DNA of 64,000 nt from NCBI GenBank assembly GCA_002104945.1, contig MCFH01000033.1:310001-374000 (forward strand). Reading direction: 5' to 3'. Every line of letters starts with the position of its first letter. Within the stretch, counting starts at the first letter, position 1. The DNA comes from Piromyces finnis finn (Eukaryota; Fungi; Neocallimastigomycota). A program made the translations under genes and the position numbers. The notes below the pieces were generated by a model. The model saw nothing but the letters and a program-made list of their open reading frames with translations, did not search any database and was not told the DNA's origin. Positions 53,039 to 63,857 of this stretch are shown here, in pieces.

Positions 53039-54140
53039 AATGAATTTGAAATATTATCATCAAAAGAGTTAAATAAAATAATTACTGAAGATATTAAAAA
53101 AGAAGATTATATATAATATTATAAAAATAAAAATAATATAAATGAATTGAGTGAAATAGATAATGATGATATATTAAAAAAATTTAATAAACGTAATACA
53201 TTTGATATAAACAAATTTAAGAATGAATATAAGGATGACTATAATTTAATTTATGTAATGATTTCTTAAATCAAGATAACGTTAAAAATGAATATGATGA
53301 ATATAAAGGTAAAATCATAGGTGATAAAAAAGAAATAGCTTACATAAAATTTAATGTAAAAAGTAATAGAATAAAAGAAAATATATAAAGAAAAACCCTA
53401 GTAAATGTTAAAAATTATGTAAATGATAGTTATATAAAAACTAAAGAAGATCTAGTAAAGCAATTGAAAACAGATAATGAAGAAATATTAAAAAGTTATA
53501 TTAGATATAATTATTATACGACAAATCATGTTGAAGATTATAAAAAGATAAATAATTTTAAAAAGAATATCATGGAAGATGAAGATATAAATAATTATAT
53601 AAAAGAGAAATATTTCGAATTGTTGGAAAGTAATCAAAATAAATTCTAAAAAGAAATTATAAAGGAAAATTGTAAAGAAATGTCAGATGTAAAATTATTT
53701 AATATAGAAAATAAAGTAATGTTTTATGATAATGAAATGAATGCAGCTAAATCAGATAATTTAGTAGAATTTAAAATAATTCGTTATTTATCTAAACAAA
53801 ACTTAGTAGAAAAAGATCTCTTAGTTCCTGCAAATTTGGTAATCAATTAAAAATAGCTAAAGAAACAAATATTCAATTCAGTACTATTGAAACATTAATA
53901 TCTTTTAAAGAAATGAGTATAAATAGCAAAATATTACCCTATTCTTCAGAAATCAATGATATTACTAGTCCAGATTCTTTTGTTAAAGATGCCAATTCTA
54001 TAGATCAAGTATGGGAAACATTAGCATATGCATGTATAAATAATTTTGATAAATTTGATAGAAAACAAAGTGAAAGTTTTATTAAAAATATTAATAATGT
54101 AATTAATGATTTTATTTTAGAAAATACACTTAAATATTAA
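53039..54140 (+). pseudogene. Decayed intronless ORF of about 365 codons (N/K/E/D-rich), product unknown
   Basis: One reading NEFEILSSKEL...ENTLKY* can be followed through 3 in-frame TAA stops and 2 frameshifts; ORFs 53464-53649 and 53913-54140 are pieces of it. Confidence 0.6.
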
Positions 54141-54403
54141 TGAGAAATAATGGTTAAGGCAATATTAATCAACTATTTTATTTACTTATATTAATGAGAA
54201 ATAATGGTTAAGTCAATATTAATCAACTATTTTATTTACTTATATTAATGAGAAATAATGGTTAAGTCAATATTAATCAACTATTTTATTTACTTATATT
54301 AATGAGAAATAATAGTTAAGTCAATATTAATCAACTATTTTATATACTTCTAATGAGAAATAATAGTTAAGTCAATATTAATCAACTATTTTATATACTT
54401 CTA
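54138..54403. repeat. 54-bp minisatellite, 5 copies (last period 51 bp)
   Basis: TAATGAGAAA starts at 54138, 54192, 54246, 54300, 54351. Confidence 0.93.
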
Positions 54404-54598
54404 AGTTAATAAGTAATTTATTTTTTGATGCAATTGTTTAAAATATAATATAAAAATAATTTAATTTTCATTTGAAAAATATATTAATTAATTAAAATAA
54501 ACTATATAAATTGATTTTGTTACTTGAAAATAAACGAAAATATAAAAATATAACTATTTAATAATTTTTTATTTATACTTTATATAACTATTGTTGAT

Positions 54599-55095
54599 AT
54601 GAATAATCTTGAATATTATAAAAATAAAAAAGATTCAAAAGTAATAAAATATCTTAAAGAATATAATTTATATAATGACGGTAATTTTAATTCCGATAGT
54701 ATTAAATTATTAATATGTTTTATAATTAAAGATAATACTAAACGTATTTCTTATAGAAACGAAATGTTAAAAAAAGTATTGAACGAGTTATTTGAAAATT
54801 ACAAATATGATAAATGTTATGAAAGTAATAATTGTTTTAAATTTGATAATAATTTTATTTTAAAGTTATTATTATATTATAAAAATAAAGGGGTTTTTTT
54901 TTTTAAAAATAGAATTTCATAGTTTATTAAATGAAGAAAAAGAAAGTAAATGTAATTCTATAGTTAATTTTAATATATTAGAAAATCCTGAATACCTAGA
55001 TATAAATGCTTATTCTTATATTAAAGAATTTAATCCTTTGTTTATTACTTGTTTTAATACATCGGATATATTAATGAAAACTTTAATAAATCATA
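54599..55095 (+). pseudogene. Frameshifted gene fragment resembling the expanded ankyrin-associated family of gut fungi
   Basis: FDNNFILKLLLYYKNK, then a shifted-frame continuation ending in an ankyrin-like FNPLFITCFNTSDILMKTLINH. Family assignment from memory only. Confidence 0.45.
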
Positions 55096-56112
55096 GGTTA
55101 GATATACAATGGTGAGTTAAATCATTCACCTATTTTCCTTTGTCTTCTATTTTTTTTTTTTTTAAAGATTATTGGCGAAGAATCGTTTTTTCTTGGAACG
55201 GGCATCATTTATACTATTAGTGTATTATTAAATTTTATGTAATAAAATTTCTTACTTCACAAGATGTTGGCATATTTTTATCGGTATAAGCATCATTTCA
55301 TTTTTTTTTTTGGAAAAAAGCACAACTATCTATTATTTGTCTTTATAAAGATATTTATTATCATTATTATTGGTATTACTATATCTAAACATACAAAAGG
55401 ATCAATAGTATATAAAAAATTTTCAAACTATAAGAAAAGTAAATAAAGAAAAATGAATTAATAATTTATAATGATGCTATTTCAAAATATATTATAGGGT
55501 CATTAATTCGATAGAAATACTAATAAATAATGATTTTTTTTTTTTACGTTTTAATAATAATAAAAATATTAAAAACAACCTTTTGTTATTATTATTTTTT
55601 TTTATAATATAATCAATTACTCATTTATTTTGTATTTTTATTAAAATAAATTTAACATATCTCTAAAAATAAATTAATTTTTTTTTACAATACTACTTAA
55701 ATAAAACGATAGAATAATAAAAAAGATGTAATAGAGGAATACATTTCATCATGATGATGATAATGATGATGATCATAATATTTTTTTTCATTCGATATAA
55801 ATTATTTATTTATTTACTTATTATTTTATTAATGTGGTTAAAAAGTATCTAAAGTATATTTTTTTATATAAAAAAAAGAGAGGAAATCATATAAAAGTAA
55901 AATAATAATAATGATGAAAATAAAAAGCATTTAATTTTTTTTATTTTTATTTTATTTTTTTTTAAAAAAAAGATAAATTATATAATTAAAAAAAAGTTTC
56001 GGAATTATTATTATTTTTTAAAATATTATTCTAGGTGTTAGTATTTTTTTTTATATCTAATTTTTATAGATTGATTTCATCTTATAGTAAAGGTGTAAAA
56101 AAAAAATTATTT

Positions 56113-57108
56113 TTATGATTGTGATAAACAAATACCATAAGAATTTTGACAACCATTTGATTCTAAACATTCATTATTTCCCAATACACATTTACCGGAT
56201 TTAGAACAACATTCGGGGAAATCACAACTTCCATAATTTCTTCCGCAAGATTTACCGGAACCTTCTCTAATATTACCTGATGGGGTATAACAAAGTCCAT
56301 AGTCAACTTGACATCCTTTTTTTATATTACAATAACTGTCTTCTGTTCCACATTTTCCGTCTTTTGAACAACATTTCCCTTCAGTACACATACCATAATC
56401 TGGTCCACATTCTTTAAGATAATTATCATCTTTATTACTACCATTATCATCTTCATAACATAAACCATAGGCATTTTGACAACCTTTCTGTAGATTACAA
56501 TGATCATCGGTTTCACCACAGGTATTTTTTGAGGAACAACATTGATTATCTGGACAGACACCAAAATTAGGTCCACATTTTTGAGTTGTGGGGGTATCAT
56601 TTTCTGGGGTATCATAGCATAAACCATAGTTGAGTTGACATCCTTTATTAATATTACAATGGTCGTCGGAAGAACCACAAGTACCTTGTTTAGAACAACA
56701 TTGATTCTCTGGACAGGAACCAAAACCAATTCCACATCGCGTTATATCCTTTTCTTCAGAATAACAAAGACCATAATCTATTTGACAACCATTGGCAATA
56801 TTACAATAACTATCACTAATACCACAATAACCATACTTTGAACAACAATTACCGTTAGCACATATTCCTTTTCCCTTACCACATTGCTTTGTATTATCAA
56901 CGGTATCTTGATAACATAATCCATACCCTATTTGACATCCTTTAGATACATTACAATAATCATTGGTCGTTCCACAATATCCATTTTTTGAACAACAATA
57001 ATTTCCTTGACACGAACCATACGAAGATCCACAAGGTATTAAGGGTTTAACACCTCTAATACCAATAATATTTAATAATAGTACAGAAACTATTGATTTT
57101 ATCTCCAT
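56113..57108 (-). CDS. Secreted protein with six CBM18 (hevein-type chitin-binding) domains and no catalytic domain
   Basis: Signal peptide plus six CG...C....CCS....C.....C....GCQ..YG.C repeats. Confidence 0.93.
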   Translation of the reverse strand: MEIKSIVSVLLLNIIGIRGVKPLIPCGSSYGSCQGNYCCSKNGYCGTTNDYCNVSKGCQIGYGLCYQDTVDNTKQCGKGKGICANGNCCSKYGYCGISDSYCNIANGCQIDYGLCYSEEKDITRCGIGFGSCPENQCCSKQGTCGSSDDHCNINKGCQLNYGLCYDTPENDTPTTQKCGPNFGVCPDNQCCSSKNTCGETDDHCNLQKGCQNAYGLCYEDDNGSNKDDNYLKECGPDYGMCTEGKCCSKDGKCGTEDSYCNIKKGCQVDYGLCYTPSGNIREGSGKSCGRNYGSCDFPECCSKSGKCVLGNNECLESNGCQNSYGICLSQS

Positions 57109-58167
57109 TTTTTTTTTTATATTTTTTTTCTCTTTTATATTTATTTATTTTCTTTAATGTCTATATATTTGGTTAGAGGTATTACTTATTGAAAGGACCT
57201 TTTTTTTTTAAATGAACGAGATAAATACTTGAAATAATCTAAAATTTTCAAAATTTTTATTTTTTTTTTTTTTTCGAATTCCGATATCAAAATAAATTTA
57301 TTTCAAAACTATTTATTTTTTTTCTTTCTTTTTTTTTTTTTAAATGGGTTTTTTTTTTATCTTTTAATAAAAGAAAAAAGAATTGAATAAATTATTACTT
57401 TATCTCTTTAAAATAATAATATTCTTTTTCCTATGTGAATTAAATAAATTATTTTTTATATATTCAATATTAAAAAAAAAAAAAAATAGCAGAAAAATTA
57501 AATATGAAAATAATAAATTAAACTTTAATTCTATTAAAACAAAAACAAAAAACAAAAAACAAAACAAATCAAAATCTTTATATTAAACAAACTTTAAGTA
57601 TAATAAAACTTTTTATTTTTTTTTTTTAAAAAAAGTTTTTAATATTGAAAAAGGTTTATGTATAGATATTCCTGATATTTTAATTCTTCATCGTATTTTA
57701 TTAAATAAAGAATTACACAAAAAAAAAAAAAAAAATAAAGAATCATAAAATCATATAAATAATTCGTTAAATAATTTGTTATTATTAATTCAATAATATA
57801 TTTGAATTTTATAGTTTTTTTTTTTTTTATTTTTTAAAACAACCTCACGATTAGAAATTCTTTTAATAATTAATAATAATTACAATAATTAATAATAAAA
57901 TTCTTTCTTTATTCATTATTGCATAAATTATGAAATTTTATTTCTTATATAGTTTTTTTTTTTTTTTTTAAGGTAATAATAAATGATTTGTCTGATAATA
58001 GAATAGGTAATACCAAGAAAAAAAAAAAGATTATTAAAATAGAATTAAATTATTTTCTTGTTTATTTAAATAAAGCATTATTTATAATTTATTTTATTGA
58101 AAATAAAAAAAAAAGGTACTAATGTTTAAAAATTTATAAATGTTAATAGTTTTGTAAATTAATAACA

Positions 58168-58204
<37 letters not shown>

Positions 58205-58439
58205 GGCATCAAATATTTTAAACTTTATTATTAATTTAATTAAAATTATAATACATGAAATATAAAAATTAAAATAAAATAAAAATAAAAAAAATATGTT
58301 TAAATAAACACAAATGAATAAAAATTGGGTATAATGTATTCTAGTAATTTTAATTAAAGTAAGAAAGCCACTATCATACTAAAGTATAATAATTGTATTT
58401 GACTTCCAATGGGACACCGAGCCAAAGATCAAAATTTTA

Positions 58440-61400
58440 TCATGGGACAAAATTATGATCTCCATTGGTTGCGCTGGCCCTCCTGGCCTGTCTTACTGTT
58501 TCTTCAGCATTGACGCTCTTGGATGTTGCTTCAAACCTTTTGAACATTGACCATTGCTGGCCAATAGCAAAAGGCATGATTTTGGTTAGAAGTTCCGCGG
58601 TTACCGTCAAGAATGGTGTTCCTTCATTAGTACCAGATTGAATCTGACGCTTACAAAGTTCTTTCCATTCCCTTGAATTGTAATTGATATTGTTAAAACT
58701 TCTTCCCCCAAGAAGGAATTTAAATATTTTACTGCACACACTAGAATAATCATACACATTAATATTCACCGGATTATTAGAACTATTACTATCATTAACT
58801 AAATTACTATCTAAATTAGAATTATTATCTTCACTATTGCTATCATTACTAATATTATTATTTCTATTACTACTATTGTTATTATTACTATTGTTACTAT
58901 TACTATTGTTATTATTACTATTGTTACTATTACTATTAATATTATTACTATCTCTACTGATATTATCAATTTCATTATTATTGATAGGACTATTGGAATT
59001 ACGTTGACTGAAAAAATTTAATAGCTGGACTATGGAATCATAATGTTTAATACGGATATCTCTAAATGTTGGACAATCTAATAACCAATGTTTAATACTT
59101 TGATCTCCACACTTGCAACATGGACAGTAGTTAGGACAAACTGGATCAACAAATTTGGCAGCTTTGGCAACTCTAGCATCCAACTTGTATCCGCTTCTTG
59201 CTTTCAATAGCCAGTAGAAGCCATAGGCAAACTCTGGGTACTCATAACATAATTTAATAAAATCTTTAGTATCAATAAACTTATTATCATCATAATATTG
59301 CGCTTTGATTGAATTCCCTTTGAGATCTTTCCAATAAAAGTTTTTAACTGCTTTAACATCTCCATGTTTCTTTAGTTTTTTATCAAGTGTCCTACTTGAT
59401 TTGCACCACGTGTATTTTCTAAATTTAGGAATGTAATTGACAAGGTATGAGATAATACAATTTGAGTTTTTCCATTTGTTAAAACATCTAACCTGAGCTA
59501 ATGCACATTTGGCTGACAATGGAGGAATATTCAAATCTTTTGAAATAGAGTATAAAGATATAAACGATACAGCTTTATGAACTCCGGCAACCCATCGTAT
59601 TCCTTTGTTAACATGCTTCTGTGCAATTCTAGACCTGGCTTTGTTGGATCCAAGTAATGGTGCAAAGTATGAAACTCTGCTAATCACTTGTGAGTTAAGT
59701 ACTAGCTTTTTGAAGGGAATAGGAATATTAGGATTTCTTAAGAATTTACTGACTGAAAAAAGCCCTTTCAAAACCTTGTTATTAAGAGCATTAATAACTG
59801 GTTTAAGGGACAGATTCTTATCAAATGGAACACCAAGATAAGTATAACAATCAGTAGTTGGAATGGGTTGTCCTGCTAAATAAAATGTTGGATCTCTCTT
59901 GTTCTGATTTTCTATTGATTCAGGACGAATCACCATCGTTGAACACTTCTGGATACCAAATTCCATTTCATTATACAAGGCCCATTCATTAACTCTTCTA
60001 AGCATCTTTTTTAAGCATCCTCTTGTTGGAGCACAAATAACTATATCATCTGCAAAAAGTCCACCACAGCATCGAGTGTCACCTAAACTGACTCCGAGAT
60101 CTTCACACTCTTTAAATATATCATTAATAAAGAGATTAAAGAGAATAGGAGAAAGAGGGCATCCTTGACGGACTCCTTTCTTCACATCAAAAGATTTCGA
60201 GAATTGTCCATCTAATTTGACATTAGCCTTAGATGTTAAATATAAATTTTTGATGAATTGTAAACTCTTACCTCGGATTCCTAAACAATCTAATTTATGG
60301 AGAATATTACCGATTGGGACTGAATCGTATGCTTTCCTGAGATCTAAAAAGGCCAAATATGTCTCTTTATTATCTAATTGACGTCTACGGCATATTTCTT
60401 GGATTGAAATGAAAAGACTGATACTTTCTTCCTTTTTTCGAAAACCAAATTGTTCAGGTCTAATGAAATTATTCTTTAGACCATATTCTGAGATTCTAGT
60501 GGTGACAATTTTGGAAATCAACTTAATACCATTATTGATAAGTGATATACCTCGATAGTTATCACAATCTGTCAAATCTCCCTTCTTAGGAATAGAAACA
60601 ATACTGGATTCATTCCATGAGTTGGGGAAATCTCCATCCCAAATACGGTTGAATAATTTAAGAATAAAATTTAAACCATAAGCATCATTATCTGAAGTGG
60701 TATTACCGGAAGAATTATTATCTGTAGCATTATTAGAATCATTACTTGATGGAATTAATGCTTTGTAAAATTCAATTGGAATACCATCCGGACCTGATGC
60801 TTTATAATTCGGAGTAGAGAGGATAGCTGACTTGACTTCATCAATACTAATATCTTGGTTGATATCCCATTCATCAAGCATAGGGAGTGAAAAACGTTTA
60901 TTCGTTGGTTCTTCATACCAATGCTCCAAATCAAGACTTACACCACTTGGATCTGATGCAAGCTTTTCGAAATGATCATGCCACACATCTAGTTGTTCTT
61001 CCGTAGCAACAACTAATTCTCCATTTTTGTTTTTAATTGGTTGAGCAATAAAGAAAGAATCTTTTCCAATTTTTGCAGTTTTCTTGATCCATTTCCAGGC
61101 CTTCTTAGGATTATGACTCTTCATATACTCACATCCTGTTTTAATCCAATGAAGATATTCTTGTTTCCTAAATTCATTACATCTTTTGTGGATGTAATCA
61201 ATGAGCTTACGGTAGATTTTAATTCTTTTAATAAATTCATCTATATCATAAATTCTTTCTTTTTTAAATCTCTTATACAACTTCATTTTGATTTTTTGGA
61301 GATTAAAAATTTGTTGTGAAATATGAAATGAAGACTTTATAACATTATTTGCTGAGGTAATACTGAGCTCGTCTGCAATTGAAAAAGCAGTTGAAGTAAA

Positions 61401-62966
61401 CTCTTTGGAAAGTTCATCTGTAGAAACATTAGGATCGTTGAATTTTGCTGAAAGTATTTGGAATTTATTATGACTGAGAATAGATTCCTTTTCCTCAATA
61501 CATTTTAATCTATTCCATTTCAGAATTTTCTTAGGAACATTAAAGTCATTAGAAAAATCTTCCATAGGAATAATTTTACCATTAATAAGAAGTGGCTTAT
61601 GGTCTGATACAGGATAAAAATTATTTATAAATGATCCTGAGTGAATAAGATCTTTCATCTTCGAATTGATAAGAGCATGGTCAATGTCGGAAGATTGATC
61701 ACCTCGAGTCCAAGAGATAGTAGACCCTCTAAGCGGAAGAATTTCCCAATCTCCTAATCCATTAGTTGATAACCAGTTGGATAATTTTACTTTAGACATA
61801 TTAAAATCACCAACAAGAATCGATGGATGGGATGAATGAGTTTGTAACCACAAGCGAACTTCTAACTTTGCATGATCAACATAGATGTTGTGATGACTAT
61901 GAGGCATATAAACATTTCCAATCGAGCATTTGAATCTATTCCAGAGACTAAAAGTATAAATAGAAATAATATACTTTCCAGAGAAGTTTTCAAGTGAGGC
62001 TTGACACGAATTGTGAAAACCTAAATATAAACCTCTCATTCCCGGAACTGATTCGTCAGCTTTCTTGAAAAAGTGTCTATAGTTTCGCAAAGTAACACGA
62101 CAAGGATAATCTGTATTCGATCCAGAACCATTACCAGTTTCTTGGAAACATAAGAATAATGGTTTGAAAATAGCTGTGAAATAGCTAATACTATCTCTCT
62201 TTTCATGATTCCACCCATTGGTGTTCCAACTAAGACAAAAAGAAAAGTTATCAGGCTTGTTGGATGAGGAAGAATCGTTGCTATTATTATTATTATTAAA
62301 GTCATCGTTATTAATGGATGATGCATCAGAGGAATAAGTAGAACTATTACTAGATGGCTGTGAAACTGAAGAACTATCAACTATTGAACTGTTATCAGAG
62401 TTGATAGAACTATTAGAATTAATTGTTGAATGTTGAGATTGAAATTGTGTTTGCTGTAGATCTGGAATATTTTCATGATGGGAAACTTGTTGAAGATCCT
62501 GTTGAAGATCTTGTTGAAGATCGGATTGTTGATGAGATTGTTGAACTGATTGTTGAACTGATTGTTGAAATGATTGTTGAATAGAATGTTGATGTTTATT
62601 AGAAACTAAAATTTTACGTTTGAGAGTGGAAAAAGTGTATTTGTGATTCCTTCTACTACGAGCTGAAAAGGAAATTGAGGTAACTGAAAGTTTCTTCTTT
62701 AACATGTGTAAGATTTTAATACAATCTTTTGATGAACCATGAACCTTGACTAAGAAAAAGTGATCATTGAAAGTCTGAAAATATTTAACACTAATAACTG
62801 AATTAAATTTATCTTCTAGAATAACCTCGAGTTTTTCCCATAGCATATTTACTGACCATGATCGAATACCACGGATAAAGAAGGAGCGAATATCATCTAA
62901 GGGGATACCATAAGACCGGGTACCACGTCTGATATAATTCTTATCTTTAATATAAAGGACTGACAT
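58440..62966 (-). CDS. LINE polyprotein: N-terminal extension, APE endonuclease, reverse transcriptase, C-terminal CCHC zinc knuckle
   Basis: APE: SWNTNGW, CFQET, LVGDFN, DIDH, SDH. RT: KASGPDGIP, YRGISL, QFGFR, FLDLRKAYDSV, GVRQGCPLSPILFN, LFADD, YLGV. Knuckle: CPCCKCGDQSIKHWLLDC (CX2CX8HX4C). Confidence 0.96.
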   Translation of the reverse strand: MSVLYIKDKNYIRRGTRSYGIPLDDIRSFFIRGIRSWSVNMLWEKLEVILEDKFNSVISVKYFQTFNDHFFLVKVHGSSKDCIKILHMLKKKLSVTSISFSARSRRNHKYTFSTLKRKILVSNKHQHSIQQSFQQSVQQSVQQSHQQSDLQQDLQQDLQQVSHHENIPDLQQTQFQSQHSTINSNSSINSDNSSIVDSSSVSQPSSNSSTYSSDASSINNDDFNNNNNSNDSSSSNKPDNFSFCLSWNTNGWNHEKRDSISYFTAIFKPLFLCFQETGNGSGSNTDYPCRVTLRNYRHFFKKADESVPGMRGLYLGFHNSCQASLENFSGKYIISIYTFSLWNRFKCSIGNVYMPHSHHNIYVDHAKLEVRLWLQTHSSHPSILVGDFNMSKVKLSNWLSTNGLGDWEILPLRGSTISWTRGDQSSDIDHALINSKMKDLIHSGSFINNFYPVSDHKPLLINGKIIPMEDFSNDFNVPKKILKWNRLKCIEEKESILSHNKFQILSAKFNDPNVSTDELSKEFTSTAFSIADELSITSANNVIKSSFHISQQIFNLQKIKMKLYKRFKKERIYDIDEFIKRIKIYRKLIDYIHKRCNEFRKQEYLHWIKTGCEYMKSHNPKKAWKWIKKTAKIGKDSFFIAQPIKNKNGELVVATEEQLDVWHDHFEKLASDPSGVSLDLEHWYEEPTNKRFSLPMLDEWDINQDISIDEVKSAILSTPNYKASGPDGIPIEFYKALIPSSNDSNNATDNNSSGNTTSDNDAYGLNFILKLFNRIWDGDFPNSWNESSIVSIPKKGDLTDCDNYRGISLINNGIKLISKIVTTRISEYGLKNNFIRPEQFGFRKKEESISLFISIQEICRRRQLDNKETYLAFLDLRKAYDSVPIGNILHKLDCLGIRGKSLQFIKNLYLTSKANVKLDGQFSKSFDVKKGVRQGCPLSPILFNLFINDIFKECEDLGVSLGDTRCCGGLFADDIVICAPTRGCLKKMLRRVNEWALYNEMEFGIQKCSTMVIRPESIENQNKRDPTFYLAGQPIPTTDCYTYLGVPFDKNLSLKPVINALNNKVLKGLFSVSKFLRNPNIPIPFKKLVLNSQVISRVSYFAPLLGSNKARSRIAQKHVNKGIRWVAGVHKAVSFISLYSISKDLNIPPLSAKCALAQVRCFNKWKNSNCIISYLVNYIPKFRKYTWCKSSRTLDKKLKKHGDVKAVKNFYWKDLKGNSIKAQYYDDNKFIDTKDFIKLCYEYPEFAYGFYWLLKARSGYKLDARVAKAAKFVDPVCPNYCPCCKCGDQSIKHWLLDCPTFRDIRIKHYDSIVQLLNFFSQRNSNSPINNNEIDNISRDSNNINSNSNNSNNNNSNSNNSNNNNSSNRNNNISNDSNSEDNNSNLDSNLVNDSNSSNNPVNINVYDYSSVCSKIFKFLLGGRSFNNINYNSREWKELCKRQIQSGTNEGTPFLTVTAELLTKIMPFAIGQQWSMFKRFEATSKSVNAEETVRQARRASATNGDHNFVP

Positions 62967-63564
62967 GATAATAAATTCTAATTAAAAAATATTGAATATA
63001 AAATAAATACTAATAAAAATTACAAATATAACGTATATGGAAAAAAATCTGTCTCTCTCTCTCTTCTTAAAAGTACTGGATAGTACAAAAATTGTTACGA
63101 TGCTTTGTTTAAAGTTTCTTATTTTTTGAATTCTAGTTGTAAATTTTCTTTAAAAATTCTAGTTTTGGTTTGTTGTTAGTAAATTCGATTCGCTTTTTGA
63201 CACTAAACTTGTTTGACTTACTTTTCATTAAATATTTAAATTGGTAAAAAATTTGAATCAAGAATGTCGACACCAGAAAGCTTGTGAATAGTATTTTTAC
63301 ATGATGTAGAGTGAATCAGTCTCTTACAAGAAACAATACAACAATAGCTACATGAATATAAAAGTACAATGCAAATGCTAAAGTTGACTACATTGGATTC
63401 TTACAAGAGAAGAGTAGTACTACATGAATACATGAATAAAAGAAAAAATACAGCAACAAAATGTATTACTCTTCTAATTAAATACTATACAAACTTACCT
63501 GAAAAATCAAACATTCACTTATTCATCAAATACTTAAATTTGATGAATAAAATGTTTTTTAATC

Positions 63565-63857
63565 GCTCAGTACCATGAGCTTAGTCCTAATAATTTTCCC
63601 TTGAAGACTAACCAAGCATCCATTGCGCAATGCTTGGATTTAATTCTTTCTACTCTCTCAGTACCATGAGCATGAGTAGACCCCCTTGAGAAATTACATT
63701 TATTAAATAAATGAAGGCACATTCCTAAGAGGGCACCAAGCATCCATTGCGCAATACTTGGATTTAATTCTTTCTACTCTCTCAGTACCATGAGCATGAG
63801 TAGACCCCCTTGAGAAACTACATTTATTAAATAAATGAAGGCACGTTCCCAAGAGGG
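63565..63857 (-). repeat. 124-bp tandem repeat (63612-63735, 63736-63857) plus a partial, each unit made of three hairpins
   Basis: Direct repeat with a few substitutions; stems readable by eye. Confidence 0.9.

Noticed and set aside
53039-54140. Alternative genetic code (TAA as sense) in the relic ORF
   Set aside because: Two frameshifts are also needed, and TAA is the easiest stop to reach in AT-rich decay.
52657-54403. CRISPR arrays
   Set aside because: Units are contiguous with no unique spacers; eukaryotic context; no cas genes.
55160-55446. Exon-like scraps (IIGEESFFLGTGIIY and ORF 55264-55446)
   Set aside because: No coherent gene model or recognisable motif.
63369-63578. Plus-strand 69-aa ORF upstream of the LINE
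   Set aside because: Non-ATG start, no recognisable domain, antisense to the leader features.
63519-63857. Assignment to hammerhead, HDV-like, twister or tRNA classes
   Set aside because: No CUGANGA/GAAA core, no HDV nested pseudoknot, no twister or cloverleaf consensus found by eye on either strand.
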